A stretch of 63,973 nucleotides of DNA, counting the filler, from Dimorphilus gyrociliatus (lineage: Eukaryota; Animalia; Annelida): NCBI GenBank assembly GCA_904063045.1. It is 4 parts of 4 records of this genome, joined end to end, with 100 filler letters (N's around TTAATTAATTAA, not from the genome) between each part and the next. Parts side by side here need not be neighbours in the genome. Positions count along the whole stretch, not along the records: positions 1 to 18,992 come from CAJFCJ010000065.1; 3 more parts are not named here. One strand, given 5' to 3'. Every line of letters begins with the position of its first letter. Within the stretch, counting starts at the first letter, position 1. This document shows, piece after piece, positions 1 to 11,451 of this stretch. The translations under genes and the position numbers were made by a program. The notes beneath the pieces are model-generated. The model was not told where the DNA came from. It did not search any database and worked only from the letters and a program-made list of their open reading frames with translations.

Positions 1-848
1 CTGCAATTGCCATGATGTATTTCAGATAAACTACAAAAGTAATAAAGAATGAATTCTTGTTTATCACAGAGAAAATGATTGACTAAAACTACTGTCTCTC
101 TATTCAGTATGTCATTATTTTTTATTGAAAATGAAACACTTTTTGCGTCAATTAATTCATTTCTTTGAAGAGAAAAAATAAAACCTCTCTGGAGGAAAGG
201 TAGGTGAATATTTCCTACCAGTTTTGAATTGATATTCAAGTTAACATTTTCAACTATTCTTTCAGGTAGAGTATACTTGTTGATAAAGATTTGGTGTTTT
301 AAATTGTCCACCTCATCCTTAAAAGTAGTGACCACCAGTGTACAATGCACACCTTTGTTATTTACCAGTTTTGCAGTTGCACATACAAATAGACAAGAGG
401 GTGGTGTTAAGGGAATGTGTCGTATATGTAGTTCATGATTTTTACCAAAGTCTAAAAACAGGTTATCATTTTCGAGATAAGATAAATATTCTGGATTAAT
501 TTCGCATTGTTTTGCTGGTACTTTGATCCATCCGTTTGGAGACAAAGCCTCATCATCCAAACTTGAAATTTTTAACCAATTATCGTCAATTCTTATATCT
601 ATCCTGTGTGTATCTTCCTCAATAGAATCTAAAAGTTTAATTGCCAATCCACAATTTGTGGAATATTCCAAAATTCCTTTGCGTAGAGTAATAATCATAG
701 AAATTGACTTTTCATTCCAACAACAATCCGTATCCTGTTCGGTCAACGAAACACTTTTCAGTGTACCTTTCTTTCCACCTTCTTTTACACTCTCATACTT
801 GAAAATTTCAGATACAGGAGCTGTAAATTTTTTGGTGATAAATAACAT
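1..848 (-). CDS. Unknown protein, 3'-partial (at least 282 aa, runs off the window start)
   Basis: Manual translation from ATG at 848 gives 282 codons with no stop (MLFITKKFTAPVSEIFKYES...HFLCDKQEFILYYFCSLSEIHHGNC). Absent from the ORF track, probably because no stop lies in the window. No domain recognised. Confidence 0.75.
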   Translation of the reverse strand, partial: MLFITKKFTAPVSEIFKYESVKEGGKKGTLKSVSLTEQDTDCCWNEKSISMIITLRKGILEYSTNCGLAIKLLDSIEEDTHRIDIRIDDNWLKISSLDDEALSPNGWIKVPAKQCEINPEYLSYLENDNLFLDFGKNHELHIRHIPLTPPSCLFVCATAKLVNNKGVHCTLVVTTFKDEVDNLKHQIFINKYTLPERIVENVNLNINSKLVGNIHLPFLQRGFIFSLQRNELIDAKSVSFSIKNNDILNRETVVLVNHFLCDKQEFILYYFCSLSEIHHGNC

Positions 849-1249
849 TTAAGAATATTTTTCACCACTGTTATCTGTGACTATTATCGACATATTTCGT
901 CGTGTAGAGAAGACAGCAGTAAGCAGCTACAACAATGACAACTTTGCCAATCTGTTATCAAATTGATTTGTACTTTTAAAAGTATTAGAAAAACAAGTTT
1001 ATCTCAATATTTTTATCAGACAAAGTCAACAATATATAAGTCATATTGAACTAATATTGCATTGTACTTTGCTCATTGCACTTATAGAGAGATAATAGTT
1101 ATATCTGTCTCTCACTCACACCCATATGCTTTTCTCAGAAATTCTGATAAAGATTTGTTATCTTATCTCTAAAGTCTTCATATATTTCTGACGTAAATTG
1201 CCGTTCAAAACTTAATTACTATAATTCTTTATACAGGATATGTATAAAA

Positions 1250-4200
1250 ATGGCCTTTAAACTCTATCTTAGCACTATCTTAGTTGTTGATAAAAATAGA
1301 ATAACACCAAAAATGGCTTCCAACGCTTACATTATAGAAGAAGAAAGTCTAATATGTGCAATATGTTTAGAGTCATGGGTGGAAAAAGATGCAAGAGTGC
1401 TACCCTGTCAACATACTTTTTGTTTTAAATGTTTAAAAACATTAAATAAAGGTCGTTCAACGGTAAAATGCTGTTTATGTAATGGAATATTTGACATACC
1501 TGAAGGTCAGATTGGTAAGCTTAAAAAGAACATTTTAATAAATTCATTAAAAAAGATATCATCCAATGAACACATATGCCTACAACATAGTAGAGAAGCT
1601 TATATGGTTTGTAAAAATCATAATTTAACATGTCTTTGTCATATTTGTATTAACAAAGATCATTCACAATGCGAAATTATAACAATTGAACAAAACAAAG
1701 ATTTAAATAAACAAATTGAAAATTTCAAGAAAGCAGAAAATGACAATAAAAAACAACTTTTAAAATATATTGAAGAAACAGAAAAGATATGGATACAAAA
1801 AGTTAAAAAACAATTTAAAAATTTGAAAAATGATTTAAATAATATTTCTAATGAGAGGAAAAACATGGTTGAAAATAATCTACAAGAAGGAAAAAGTATG
1901 CATTATTTGCATCAACTTTTAAAAAATCTTGGTGATAATAAATTAGATTTTAAAATTTTGAATGATTTTAAATTCAAATATAAAATTGAAAATATGAATA
2001 AGTCTGAATATTTTGCAAATTGTGGGAAAGTATTGAATTATTCAAAAAAGTGTAACAGGCAACAGGAAGTGGACAATGTTATTGGGATAATGTCAAATAA
2101 TTCATATTTTGAGGAGATTGATTTGTCCAAGAATGAGAATATTGGAAATTATTTATCAAATATTTGTAATGAACTCTCCAAATCAACTAATTATTTAAAA
2201 GTAATTAATCTGAGTTGTTGTCACTTAAGAGAACAACATTGTTATTATATTCAACAACTGTTGGTCAAATGTTCAAAAATTGAGAAGATAGATATATCTG
2301 GTAACAGATACATGAAAAATTCTTTATCAATGATCTTTGATGGACTTGCTAAATCAGTAGATTCTCTGAAAGAGATAAATTTCTCTCAATGTGATATAAA
2401 TTCCTTTCAAAGTATTTCATTGGCAAATTTACTAAAAAAGTCTCCTAAAATTGAGAATATAGACCTTTCCGACAATCCTGATTTAGGATATGATTTTTTC
2501 TTAAACATCTCACTTGGATTTCCTTGTAAAAATTTGAAAAACATTAATCTTTCATCTTGTAATTTGAATGGAGAGCATACCTCAAGTATAAGAAATCTTT
2601 TAATGCAATGTCATGACATTGAAGTTTTTAATATTAGCAATAATTCTGCTATAGGATATTATTTCTGTAACATTTGTGATGGTCTTGTTCAATCTTCAGA
2701 CAGTTTAAAAGAATTAGATTTTAGCAATTGCCAATCAATTTCTAATCAAAGTGATTATTTTGGAAAAATGTTAATGAAATGCTCCAAAGTTGAACAGATT
2801 AATTTGTCTGGTATTAAATTTTCAGAAATTGAATCATTATCAAATATCTGTAAAGGATTAGAAAATTCTTCAAATACTTTGAGAAAGATTGAAATCGATT
2901 ATTCAAAATTTTCCAATGAATGGACTGAATGTGTGAAAAATTTACTGATGATTTGCCCTTTTATTGAAGAGATTTACTTTCAGCATTCTCAGGTGTACAG
3001 CAATAATATGATAAGTCTTTATCAAGGACTTTTAAAACCTTTGAATGTTTTAAGGAAAATAGGCTTTTCTCCAAATTTAATTGGTGAAAATCAAAGTCGA
3101 TTAGTTGGAGATTTACTTTTAAATTGTTACCATATTGAAACAATACAATTGTCTGGAAATAAGTACATGGCTGATGGATTTTCAAAGATATGTCAAGGAC
3201 TTTTAAATTCGAGCAGAACTCTAAAGGAGATAGAGTTTAAAAGATGTCGTATAGATCAGATACAGTGTAGAGATATTGGAGTGTTGTTGGGAAATTGTTC
3301 ACAAATTGAAAATGTAAACTTATCAGACAATTCTATGATTGGAAATTGTTTGCATAGTATATGCAATAGTCTTCTAAAATCATCAAATAGTTTAAAAATT
3401 CTGAATTTATCCTCTTGTGAAATTGATGAAAATCAGAGTAGATATCTTGGAAAATTATTAATCAATTGTTCATCAATTGAAAAAATAAACCTATCTTATA
3501 ATTCCAATATAAAACATGGATTATCAGCTATATGCGATGGTCTTAGCCAATCAGCAAACAGTTTAAAGGTGGTTAAATTTTCATCTTGTGGTATAAATGA
3601 AATCTATATTAGATGTATTGAAAAATTATCACATTTCTGCTCTAAAATTGAAATCTTAGATCTATCACGTAATCATTTAACAAGAGAATGGACTTCTAGA
3701 ATACTTAGTATATTATGGAGTGGTTCCTGTCCCATTTCTTATGGCTTTTGTAGACCCTTTAATAATTTACAAAAAATTGATTTAGCATGTTGTAGATTAG
3801 ATAGGAAACACAGTGAAAATATTGGAAAAATGTTGATGAACTGTTGTAGAATTGGAGAAATTAGATTAAATGGAAATCAGAATATGAAAACAGGATTATC
3901 TTATATTTGTGATGGACTTGTTCAATCGTCGAAATGTTTAAAAAAATTAGGATTTTCCAATTGCAATTTAGATTGGTTTGATTGTATTCATATTAGAGAT
4001 TTGTTAAGAAATTGCAAAGAAATTGAAAGTATTGATCTTTCATATAATACAAACATGAGAGAATGCTTACATGAAATTAATAGAGAACTTTGCAATTCTT
4101 CAAAAAGTCTAAAATGTGTAAATTATGAAAATTGTAATTTGAATGAAGCTGACTGTTCCTCTATTATAGAATTGTTAGCTTTCTGTCCAAGATTGAAAAG

Positions 4201-4267
4201 CGTTAATACAATGTACAATGAAAATATTAAAAGTGATATCTTTGCTTCATTTATAAGAAATAAATAA
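1250..4267 (+). CDS. TRIM-like E3 ligase: RING + B-box + coiled coil + about 12 RI-type 57-aa LRR units
   Basis: C3HC4 RING (CAIC...CQHTFCFKC...CCLC), B-box (CLQH..CKNH..CHIC..HSQC), K/E/Q-rich helical segment, then alternating 28/29-aa LRRs. The real start is probably 1313 (AAAAATGGC context shared with paralogues). Single exon. Confidence 0.92.
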   Translation: MAFKLYLSTILVVDKNRITPKMASNAYIIEEESLICAICLESWVEKDARVLPCQHTFCFKCLKTLNKGRSTVKCCLCNGIFDIPEGQIGKLKKNILINSLKKISSNEHICLQHSREAYMVCKNHNLTCLCHICINKDHSQCEIITIEQNKDLNKQIENFKKAENDNKKQLLKYIEETEKIWIQKVKKQFKNLKNDLNNISNERKNMVENNLQEGKSMHYLHQLLKNLGDNKLDFKILNDFKFKYKIENMNKSEYFANCGKVLNYSKKCNRQQEVDNVIGIMSNNSYFEEIDLSKNENIGNYLSNICNELSKSTNYLKVINLSCCHLREQHCYYIQQLLVKCSKIEKIDISGNRYMKNSLSMIFDGLAKSVDSLKEINFSQCDINSFQSISLANLLKKSPKIENIDLSDNPDLGYDFFLNISLGFPCKNLKNINLSSCNLNGEHTSSIRNLLMQCHDIEVFNISNNSAIGYYFCNICDGLVQSSDSLKELDFSNCQSISNQSDYFGKMLMKCSKVEQINLSGIKFSEIESLSNICKGLENSSNTLRKIEIDYSKFSNEWTECVKNLLMICPFIEEIYFQHSQVYSNNMISLYQGLLKPLNVLRKIGFSPNLIGENQSRLVGDLLLNCYHIETIQLSGNKYMADGFSKICQGLLNSSRTLKEIEFKRCRIDQIQCRDIGVLLGNCSQIENVNLSDNSMIGNCLHSICNSLLKSSNSLKILNLSSCEIDENQSRYLGKLLINCSSIEKINLSYNSNIKHGLSAICDGLSQSANSLKVVKFSSCGINEIYIRCIEKLSHFCSKIEILDLSRNHLTREWTSRILSILWSGSCPISYGFCRPFNNLQKIDLACCRLDRKHSENIGKMLMNCCRIGEIRLNGNQNMKTGLSYICDGLVQSSKCLKKLGFSNCNLDWFDCIHIRDLLRNCKEIESIDLSYNTNMRECLHEINRELCNSSKSLKCVNYENCNLNEADCSSIIELLAFCPRLKSVNTMYNENIKSDIFASFIRNK

Positions 4268-4571
4268 TCATTATCATATCTTTCTACTTCCTATTGTAAA
4301 AATTAAGTAGTTATTTAATTTGAAAACAGAACCAGCATAATGATTTTCATTTATTGTTACTGTGAATTTGAAATTACAACATATTATCAGCATAATCAGC
4401 ACTGTGCAATACTAGTTGAATACTACTTGTCTATTGTAGAATAGACCTGACAATTGTATGTGTTAACATTTATATATTCTTATGGTTCTGCTCACAAATA
4501 CAGTAACAAGTTTAACTTTGCTTTTACTAAACAATCTTTCATGTAGATCACTTGAGAGAAACTAAAAATAT

Positions 4572-5918
4572 TTACAAAAATTTTATCCCTGAACAATGTT
4601 TTAGTAAATTTTCAATGTCTCTTCTTTGACCTTTGTTCAAGTCGCATAACATTAACTTAAAGCTCTTCAAAGTGTTTGATGATGCTTCAAGTCCTTCGCA
4701 AATCCTCAATATTCCCTTACCCATCTGTCTATTTCCAGATAGATCTATTGATTCTATTTTAGAACAATGTTTCAACAAATTTCCAAACAGTGTACTTTGA
4801 TCTTCATTTAATTGGCAATGTTTTAAACTGAGAACCTTTAAACTGTTTGATGATTCTTGAAGTCCATCACAAATATTCATTTTGCCTCTACCCATCTCTT
4901 TATTCCAAAAAAAACTTATTGATTCTATTTTAGAACAATGTTTCAGCATGTTTCCAATCTGTGTACTTTGATCTTCATTTAAATTACACCCATTCAAATG
5001 AAGACTCTTTAAAGTATTTGAAGACATTTGAAGTCCCTCACAAATATTCCATATACCTTTACCCATCTGTCTATTGCCAGACAGATTTAGTGTTTCAATC
5101 CTACAACAATGTTTTAGTGCATTTCCAATCTGTTTACTTTGTTCTTCGTTTAATTTGCAATATTTTAAACTAAGATCCTTCAAAGTGTTTGATAACACTT
5201 GAAGTCCTTCACAAATATTCAATATTCCCTTACCCATCTCTATATTCTTAGATAGATAAATTGACTCTATTTTAGAACAATGTTTTAGAAAATTTCCAAA
5301 CTTTCTACTTTCATTTTCATTTAAATTACACTCATTTAAATTTATACTTTTTAAATTATTTGATGATATTTCAAGTCCTTCAAAAATATTCATTATTAAT
5401 TTACCCACCTCTCTATGCCCAAAAACACTTACTGTTTCTATTCTTGAACAATGTTTTAGCAAATTTCTTATCTGGACACTTTGTTTTTCATTTAAATCAA
5501 ATAGACTTAAATCAAGATTCTTTAAAGTGTTTGATGATAATTTAAGTCCTTCACAAATATTCAATATTCCATCACCCAAATTATTCCTCAACAGATTAAT
5601 TGTTTCTATTCTGGAACAATGATTCAGCAAATTTCCAATCTGTTTACTTTGATCTCCATTTAAATTACACATATTAAAATTAAGGCTCTTTAAAGTGTTT
5701 GATGACATTTGAAGTCCTTCACAAATATTCAATATTCCCTTATCCATCTGCCTATTTCCAGAGAGATCTATTGATTCTATTTTAGAACAATGCTTCAAAA
5801 AATTTCCAATCTGTTTACTTTGATCTTCATTTAAATTACATAGCCTTAAATCTAGATTCTTCAAAGTATTTGATGACATTTGAAGTCCTTCACAAATACT
5901 CAATATTCCCTTACTCAT
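4572..5918 (-). CDS. LRR-only protein (about 8 highly similar 57-aa RI-type units)
   Basis: 448-aa open frame made entirely of repeats such as LKNLDLRLCNLNEDQSKQIGNFLKHCSKIESIDLSGNRQMDKGILNICEGLQMSSNT. Confidence 0.8.
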   Translation of the reverse strand: MSKGILSICEGLQMSSNTLKNLDLRLCNLNEDQSKQIGNFLKHCSKIESIDLSGNRQMDKGILNICEGLQMSSNTLKSLNFNMCNLNGDQSKQIGNLLNHCSRIETINLLRNNLGDGILNICEGLKLSSNTLKNLDLSLFDLNEKQSVQIRNLLKHCSRIETVSVFGHREVGKLIMNIFEGLEISSNNLKSINLNECNLNENESRKFGNFLKHCSKIESIYLSKNIEMGKGILNICEGLQVLSNTLKDLSLKYCKLNEEQSKQIGNALKHCCRIETLNLSGNRQMGKGIWNICEGLQMSSNTLKSLHLNGCNLNEDQSTQIGNMLKHCSKIESISFFWNKEMGRGKMNICDGLQESSNSLKVLSLKHCQLNEDQSTLFGNLLKHCSKIESIDLSGNRQMGKGILRICEGLEASSNTLKSFKLMLCDLNKGQRRDIENLLKHCSGIKFL

Positions 5919-6135
5919 TTATCTTTTCTCAGATAAACTTTTTGAGTTAATTTATTCTTTGGAAAACAATGGTAAAAAGTGTGAGTCTTTAAAATGTTTG
6001 AGAATTTTTTCAGTCAAATCCAAAACAATATGTGCATTAACAAGGAAGTACTTTCACATTATTTCCTACTCAAGATTCCAAACAAATTCCATGTTTAAAT
6101 TAATCTTTATTGTTAACATCTTGATTGGCGGCCAT
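5919..6135 (-). pseudogene. Decayed RING-finger 5' end of the LRR-only gene
   Basis: From AAAATGGCC at 6135: MAANQDVNNKD*FKHGICLES*VGNNVKVLPC*CTYCFGFD*. This aligns with paralogue CxICLESWVxxxxRVLPCQHxFC, has several stops and is out of frame with the 5918 ORF. Confidence 0.8.
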
Positions 6136-7899
6136 TTTGAAATGGTGACTAATTCGTTTGTTTATTTTTTTTATGTTTAAAATCTTCTGTTGAAATTTGT
6201 TGTACAATTTTAAATATCATATCAAAGTGTAAAAATCTGCTTTATTAAAATGAATTTAGATTTTATAATATTGTTTATAGATACTAAATCAGAAAAGATT
6301 GATAAAGGGTATTCCTAAAACATGGACTGAATTTTCGTTGAGAGGTAGTACTGGAAAGTGCTGACAACACGTATGAATCTGGATTTACTACTGGCACTGT
6401 TGTTATAAATTGATTTTTTAACGAATTGTTTCTTTTAAGAAAATGATTTAAAATATTTCGAATTGTCGCTTTTGTATTTAAATGTTTTGTACATAAAGTA
6501 TGACAATTGGTCAGGCTATTTTTCACTGATATCTGAGTAGTGTTGACAATATGTGTTGATTGTTGTAATTCAACATTTATGGTTGAATTTGAACTGATGT
6601 TTAAAACTAAAAAAAAATAAGATATCTTAAATTGAAATACTAGAAAAAAAAAAGACATGGTTCATATTTACCAGTTAAGCAGATTAACTTGAGTACAGCT
6701 ACTGAGTACATATGAATTTTTAAATTTTCATTGGGAGAAAGTGTGATGATGTCAGTGATTCCTTCAAAATAGTAGATATTATCAGTTAGAGTTGATGTAA
6801 CATCAACAGATTCTTTGATGATAGTCTGAATTCCTTGTTTATTTTCTAGAACTGAAGAAAAATATAAATTGTTATATTTAAAAATTGAAGAGAATCCTGC
6901 ATCATTCTCTCTCTCTCTCTCTACAGTACCAGTCCAATGAGCACCCAAAAGAATAACTATTTAAATTTAATCCAGGCTTTACTGCTGTAGTTACAGTAGT
7001 TTTACAAATACTTTCATTTTCATCATTAAGATGCTTTTGCAGCGTTATATTAAAATTTGTCAAACGTTCAGCTGTACAGAGTAGTTGATTAGAGAAAAAT
7101 GTCATCCCTACTGCTTTTACTCACCATAGCTTTTTCTATTTAACAAACAAACTCTATTTATGGAATAGATGTTTTTCAAATCCGCCATCCACCAACCATA
7201 ATCTTGACTTTGAAACGTGTGACTGCATCGATATATTGTTTCAAACAAACGAATAAGAATACTTAATTACCCGTGCGATAAAGTAGAATGAGGAAGGAGA
7301 ACATGATCTGAAATGATGAAATTTTTTCTTTCCCATATTAGTAGATCATTGTTGTAAATTCTGGAAAAGATAGACAACGAAATTAATAATTAATATTTAA
7401 GAAAAGGTTAGCAAAATTATTTTTTTTTAAATAAAATTTTGAACATTAATGATTGAGAATTTATGAATTATTCAATTAATCAGTCCTTTATTCACAAAAT
7501 GTTACTTTTAAATAGCTAAATAATAAAGTTTTATAAAAGAAAAATGTAACTAACATTCAACAGCAATATTATTAATATCTTATATTTGCAGTCTATTCTG
7601 AAAAGGTTAGGTTAGGTTGCTGAAGCTGATTGATAGATTTTTGGAGCTACGGATTAGGTCTGTTGAGTCACAGGAGTTGGCTAGTGCTTATATTAGGCGG
7701 GGTTTATCTTCTAGGAATGATATAACTTTATCAACACGCTCCTTTTGAATTCTCTTTTTGAATGTAACATTTTTTGAATTCGATTGATGAATTATAGGCT
7801 CTAATCTTTGTTTTCTTCCATCCAAATCTATCATTGTGAATATTTTTAACTTTGGTATGTGCCTGTTAAATTTGAATTTTATATTCTTTCCTGTTAGAT

Positions 7900-8925
7900 C
7901 TTTATGGTCTATTCAATAATAGATTTCTTGAAGGAAAAAAAGATCTAAAAGTTGGTGTTGAAATAAAAAGGGAACTAAAAAACTTACGCCAAAAAGATTA
8001 TGCTACAAGTGGAAGAAAACTGGCTGAAACAGTTCTGCTTAATAACCAGGAAAATACTGATTTTCTACCAAACCTTCAATGTTTAAAAAGGATGGCCAAT
8101 TCAACCAGGCAAAAAAAGAGGCCAATGGAACCAAAAGATAATGATTTTGAATTAAATATGGATTTCATACCAGCTTATAAATTGGCATTTAAAGTAAGTG
8201 TATAACTAATTATATTTTCAGTTTGTTAACTTTTAAATAATTCTCTGCAGACTATTAAGAAAATGATTAACTTGTCAGAGCCTGAAAAAGTCATTTTAGA
8301 CTTTGAGATGGCACTATGGAAAACAATAATAAAAGTTTTTCCAAATACAACAATACATGGATGTGTTTTTCATTGCACTCAAGCAATTCATAGGAAAATT
8401 CAGGTAGATCTATTATTTAAATCAACATCTTATTTCATAATTAATTTGTTATTATCAGTCTCTAGGATATTCCAAACAATATGCGGTGAAAGGAGAAGAA
8501 TGGAGAGATCTAAGGAAAATCATGGCATTACCATTTCTGCCATCTGATATCATCATTTCAACATTTGACAGACTCAAGTCTGAACTTTTAGAATAACAAA
8601 AATTTTCTGACCTACTGTTGTATTTTGAAAATTCATGGATATGTAATTCTATGTGGAAACCTGAAAATTGGTCAGTCTTTGGTCTATCAATTATCAGCAT
8701 GGAATTTTATTTCTTTGCACAACACTTCCTTTTACTAGATTATTACCAATTCAAATTGAAACCAAATTGGATTGAAAATCATTAAAAATTCTTAAACTGT
8801 TGAATAAAATGTCAATTTTTTCTTTCCAACAACTGTTATTTCTGTAAGAGCAAATTCAGCTGAACCAACTAGTTAGCGGGTGAAACCATACCCATACCAG
8901 GTTAAAATGTTTCACCCCTATTCAA
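7900..8925 (+). mobile_element. Decayed MULE (Mutator-like) transposase with introns
   Basis: VILDFEMALWK...GCVFHCTQAIHRKIQ, then SLGY..WRDLRKIMALPFLP..WKPENWSVFG. GT-AG introns at 8194-8250 and 8404-8458. GGGTGAAACC / GTTTCACCCCTATT end motif near 8878-8925. Outer limits are approximate. Confidence 0.75.
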
Positions 8926-9863
8926 CCAACTTGTGTAGCTGTAATTTATGCAATTTGCCTAGGAAGTATCTAAGGATCTAGCCCTGGAATAGAAGAATGC
9001 ATTCAGTAGATAAATTCTAATGTGAAAGTTCCACCACCATAAACTGGAAATACAGCAATCTCAGTGGGTAACGAATGTTGGCTTGATATAGTAATTCTAA
9101 AGCTAAATTTTGCAGATAAACTGTTTATGTTTGTTGACATCTTGGAATAAAATATTTTGAATTAACATAAAAAAAGGAATTTTTTAATAAAATCAACCTT
9201 TTTTAGCATAGATTCTTGTTTTCAGAGTGGCAATCATTGATTCACATCCCCTAGTGCAAGTAATAGTTGTAGTAACCATGAAAGTTGTTGTGATACTTCC
9301 AATCAAATTATCTGGTATGATTATTAAAAATAAGTGTAAACAAGGGGATCATTTGAAATCTGATCCATATGAAATTGCATCAAGTTTAAGTCAAAGCCAG
9401 TTTATTTAATTGGTATGAGTATTTTCTTACAAAAAGTGTTATCTTATTGTACTTTGTTGTATTGTAATTGTAGGAATTTCTGTCTCTTCACAACAGTAAT
9501 CGTCCTTTCCAATCAATTTACGAAATTTGCCAAAGTACTCTCACACAAATAGAACCTCAAGTTCATCCACAAAATACTAACCTTTTATTATGAATTCTGT
9601 TTTAAAATAATAGCAATCTATTAAACAAAGTTCACAGTTTTGCCAATGGAATGTGTATTGAGTATATGAGTTCCCATTCATATTATATAAACTGGTTACC
9701 TGTTCCATTTAATCTTCTCTAGTTAAATGAGATTATGGTTAATAAAGGAGTTTAACCATAAGTTTTTAACCATTGGTTGCTACGGAAAGATTCTTAATTA
9801 ACAAATCTTTGTTATAACTGGAAGAAAAATTGACTGCAGTTAGCTTTAAATTTTTCAATAAAA

Positions 9864-11321
9864 ATGCTTCGATCTAATAGACGTCTGAAGAAAAGGCATG
9901 GCAAGGCATATGTAATAAAAGAGGAAAATGTTATGTGCGCAATCTGCAGGGAATCTTGGGTTGATAAAAATCCAAGAATACTTCCTTGCCAACATACATT
10001 TTGCCTTGAATGTTTGGAGAATGTACCAGTAAATTACTCAAAAATTAAATGTTCCCTTTGTAGATTTGAATGTAATTTACCTGGTGATCAAGTTGCTAAT
10101 TTACATAAGCCTTACTTTTTAAGTTCATTTGAAAGAGTAGAAGTAAATAATGATTTATGCCCGATACACAATGAAGAGAAGATATTATTTTGCCAAAGTC
10201 ATAATATTGAAAATCTTTGCTTGCAATGCCATGATGAAAATCATTCCTCATGTAAAATAATATTGATGACAGCACTGAAAAAAAGAAAGGATGTCATAAG
10301 AAAATGCCTTGCTTCTGAACAGAAAATTTTAGATTCTTCATTAAGAGAAATTGAGCAATGTCAGAAAGAATTAATATTAAAACTACAAAATGATTTTAAA
10401 TTTGTAAAGGAAAAAATGAAAGATACAATAAAGAAAAGAGAAAAAATCTTGAAAACATCTCTTCTATGGTTAAATAATGGCAAAGATTTTTTTGATTTTG
10501 TAACATCATTTTCAAATAATCAACCAAAATTTAAACTAGTCGAAGGGTTAAATTGGAAATATGAGATTGAAAATGATGAATATTTATCTGAATTTACTCA
10601 AAAATCTCTTGATTTTTCAAAGAACTGCTCTTCAGCAAGACTAGTAAATCAAATTAGGAAAAAACTTGAACAAAATCAATTTATAGAAAAAATAGTTCTT
10701 TCAGAAAATTGTAATAGGCTAAATGATTTTAAAGATATTTGTCAAGAATTGGCAAAATCATCAGATACTTTAAGAGAAATAACAGTTACTGGTTGTGACT
10801 TGATTGCTGAACAATTGTATGAAATTGGAAATCTGTTGATTAGTTGTTCAAAAATTGAGAAAATAAAACTAATAGGAAATGTGGCTAGATCATCATCAAA
10901 TACCTTATCAAGACGTCTATCAGTTTTAAGACGTCTATCAGCTTTAAGACTCTTATCAGCACAACAATCAAGAGAGACAACAATGGAGGATGCAACAGAA
11001 GTTTTATGTCAGGGACTTTACTTTTCAGCAGCTACATTAAAAGAAATACATATAAGTGCATGTAGATTGAATGGCAACCATTGCATACAGATTGGAAAAT
11101 TGTTGGAAAAATGTTTCAATATAAAAATATTAAATCTGTCATATAATAAAGATATAAAAGATGGAATAGAAAATATCTGTTCAGGACTATTGAATTCAGC
11201 TAATACCTTAATGGAAGTAGATTTCAGCAATTGTTCATTTGATGAGGAAATTCAAATGGAAATTTACAATTATTTATGGCATTGTCCAAATCTTGCACAG
11301 ATTCTCTTGGGCTCTGATTAA
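9864..11321 (+). CDS. TRIM-like RING + B-box + coiled coil + short LRR (2-3 units)
   Basis: RING CAIC..CQHTFCLEC..CSLC; B-box CPIH..CQSH..CLQC..HSSC; LRRs at the C-terminus. Single exon. Confidence 0.9.
   Translation: MLRSNRRLKKRHGKAYVIKEENVMCAICRESWVDKNPRILPCQHTFCLECLENVPVNYSKIKCSLCRFECNLPGDQVANLHKPYFLSSFERVEVNNDLCPIHNEEKILFCQSHNIENLCLQCHDENHSSCKIILMTALKKRKDVIRKCLASEQKILDSSLREIEQCQKELILKLQNDFKFVKEKMKDTIKKREKILKTSLLWLNNGKDFFDFVTSFSNNQPKFKLVEGLNWKYEIENDEYLSEFTQKSLDFSKNCSSARLVNQIRKKLEQNQFIEKIVLSENCNRLNDFKDICQELAKSSDTLREITVTGCDLIAEQLYEIGNLLISCSKIEKIKLIGNVARSSSNTLSRRLSVLRRLSALRLLSAQQSRETTMEDATEVLCQGLYFSAATLKEIHISACRLNGNHCIQIGKLLEKCFNIKILNLSYNKDIKDGIENICSGLLNSANTLMEVDFSNCSFDEEIQMEIYNYLWHCPNLAQILLGSD
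10910..10960 (+). repeat. In-frame 18-bp tandem repeat (x3, third copy partial) inside an LRR
   Basis: AAGACGTCTATCAGTTTT / AAGACGTCTATCAGCTTT / AAGACTCTTATCAGC, encoding RRLSVL RRLSAL RLLSA. Confidence 0.85.
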
Positions 11322-11451
11322 CTTTTTAAAAACATTTGTATGTCTATGTTATCCCAATATAGAGAACTGTCATTTTGTTTTTCTTAGACAAATAAACAAC
11401 TACATATCCATGTAAGAATATTTGATTTTTGCCTTATGGTTGATAAGAAAG

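Noticed and set aside
229-852. Plus-strand ORFs 229-438 and 523-852, and similar short ORFs opposite real genes
   Set aside because: Antisense shadows of longer coding frames.
6284-7330. Possible THAP/Harbinger transposon relic
   Set aside because: Only a weak CSHTF-like motif; no convincing catalytic motifs or ends.
7600-7625. GGTTAGGTTAGG as a telomeric repeat (also near 13790, 18335, 54670)
   Set aside because: Only 2-3 units and internal; more likely transposon-associated motifs.
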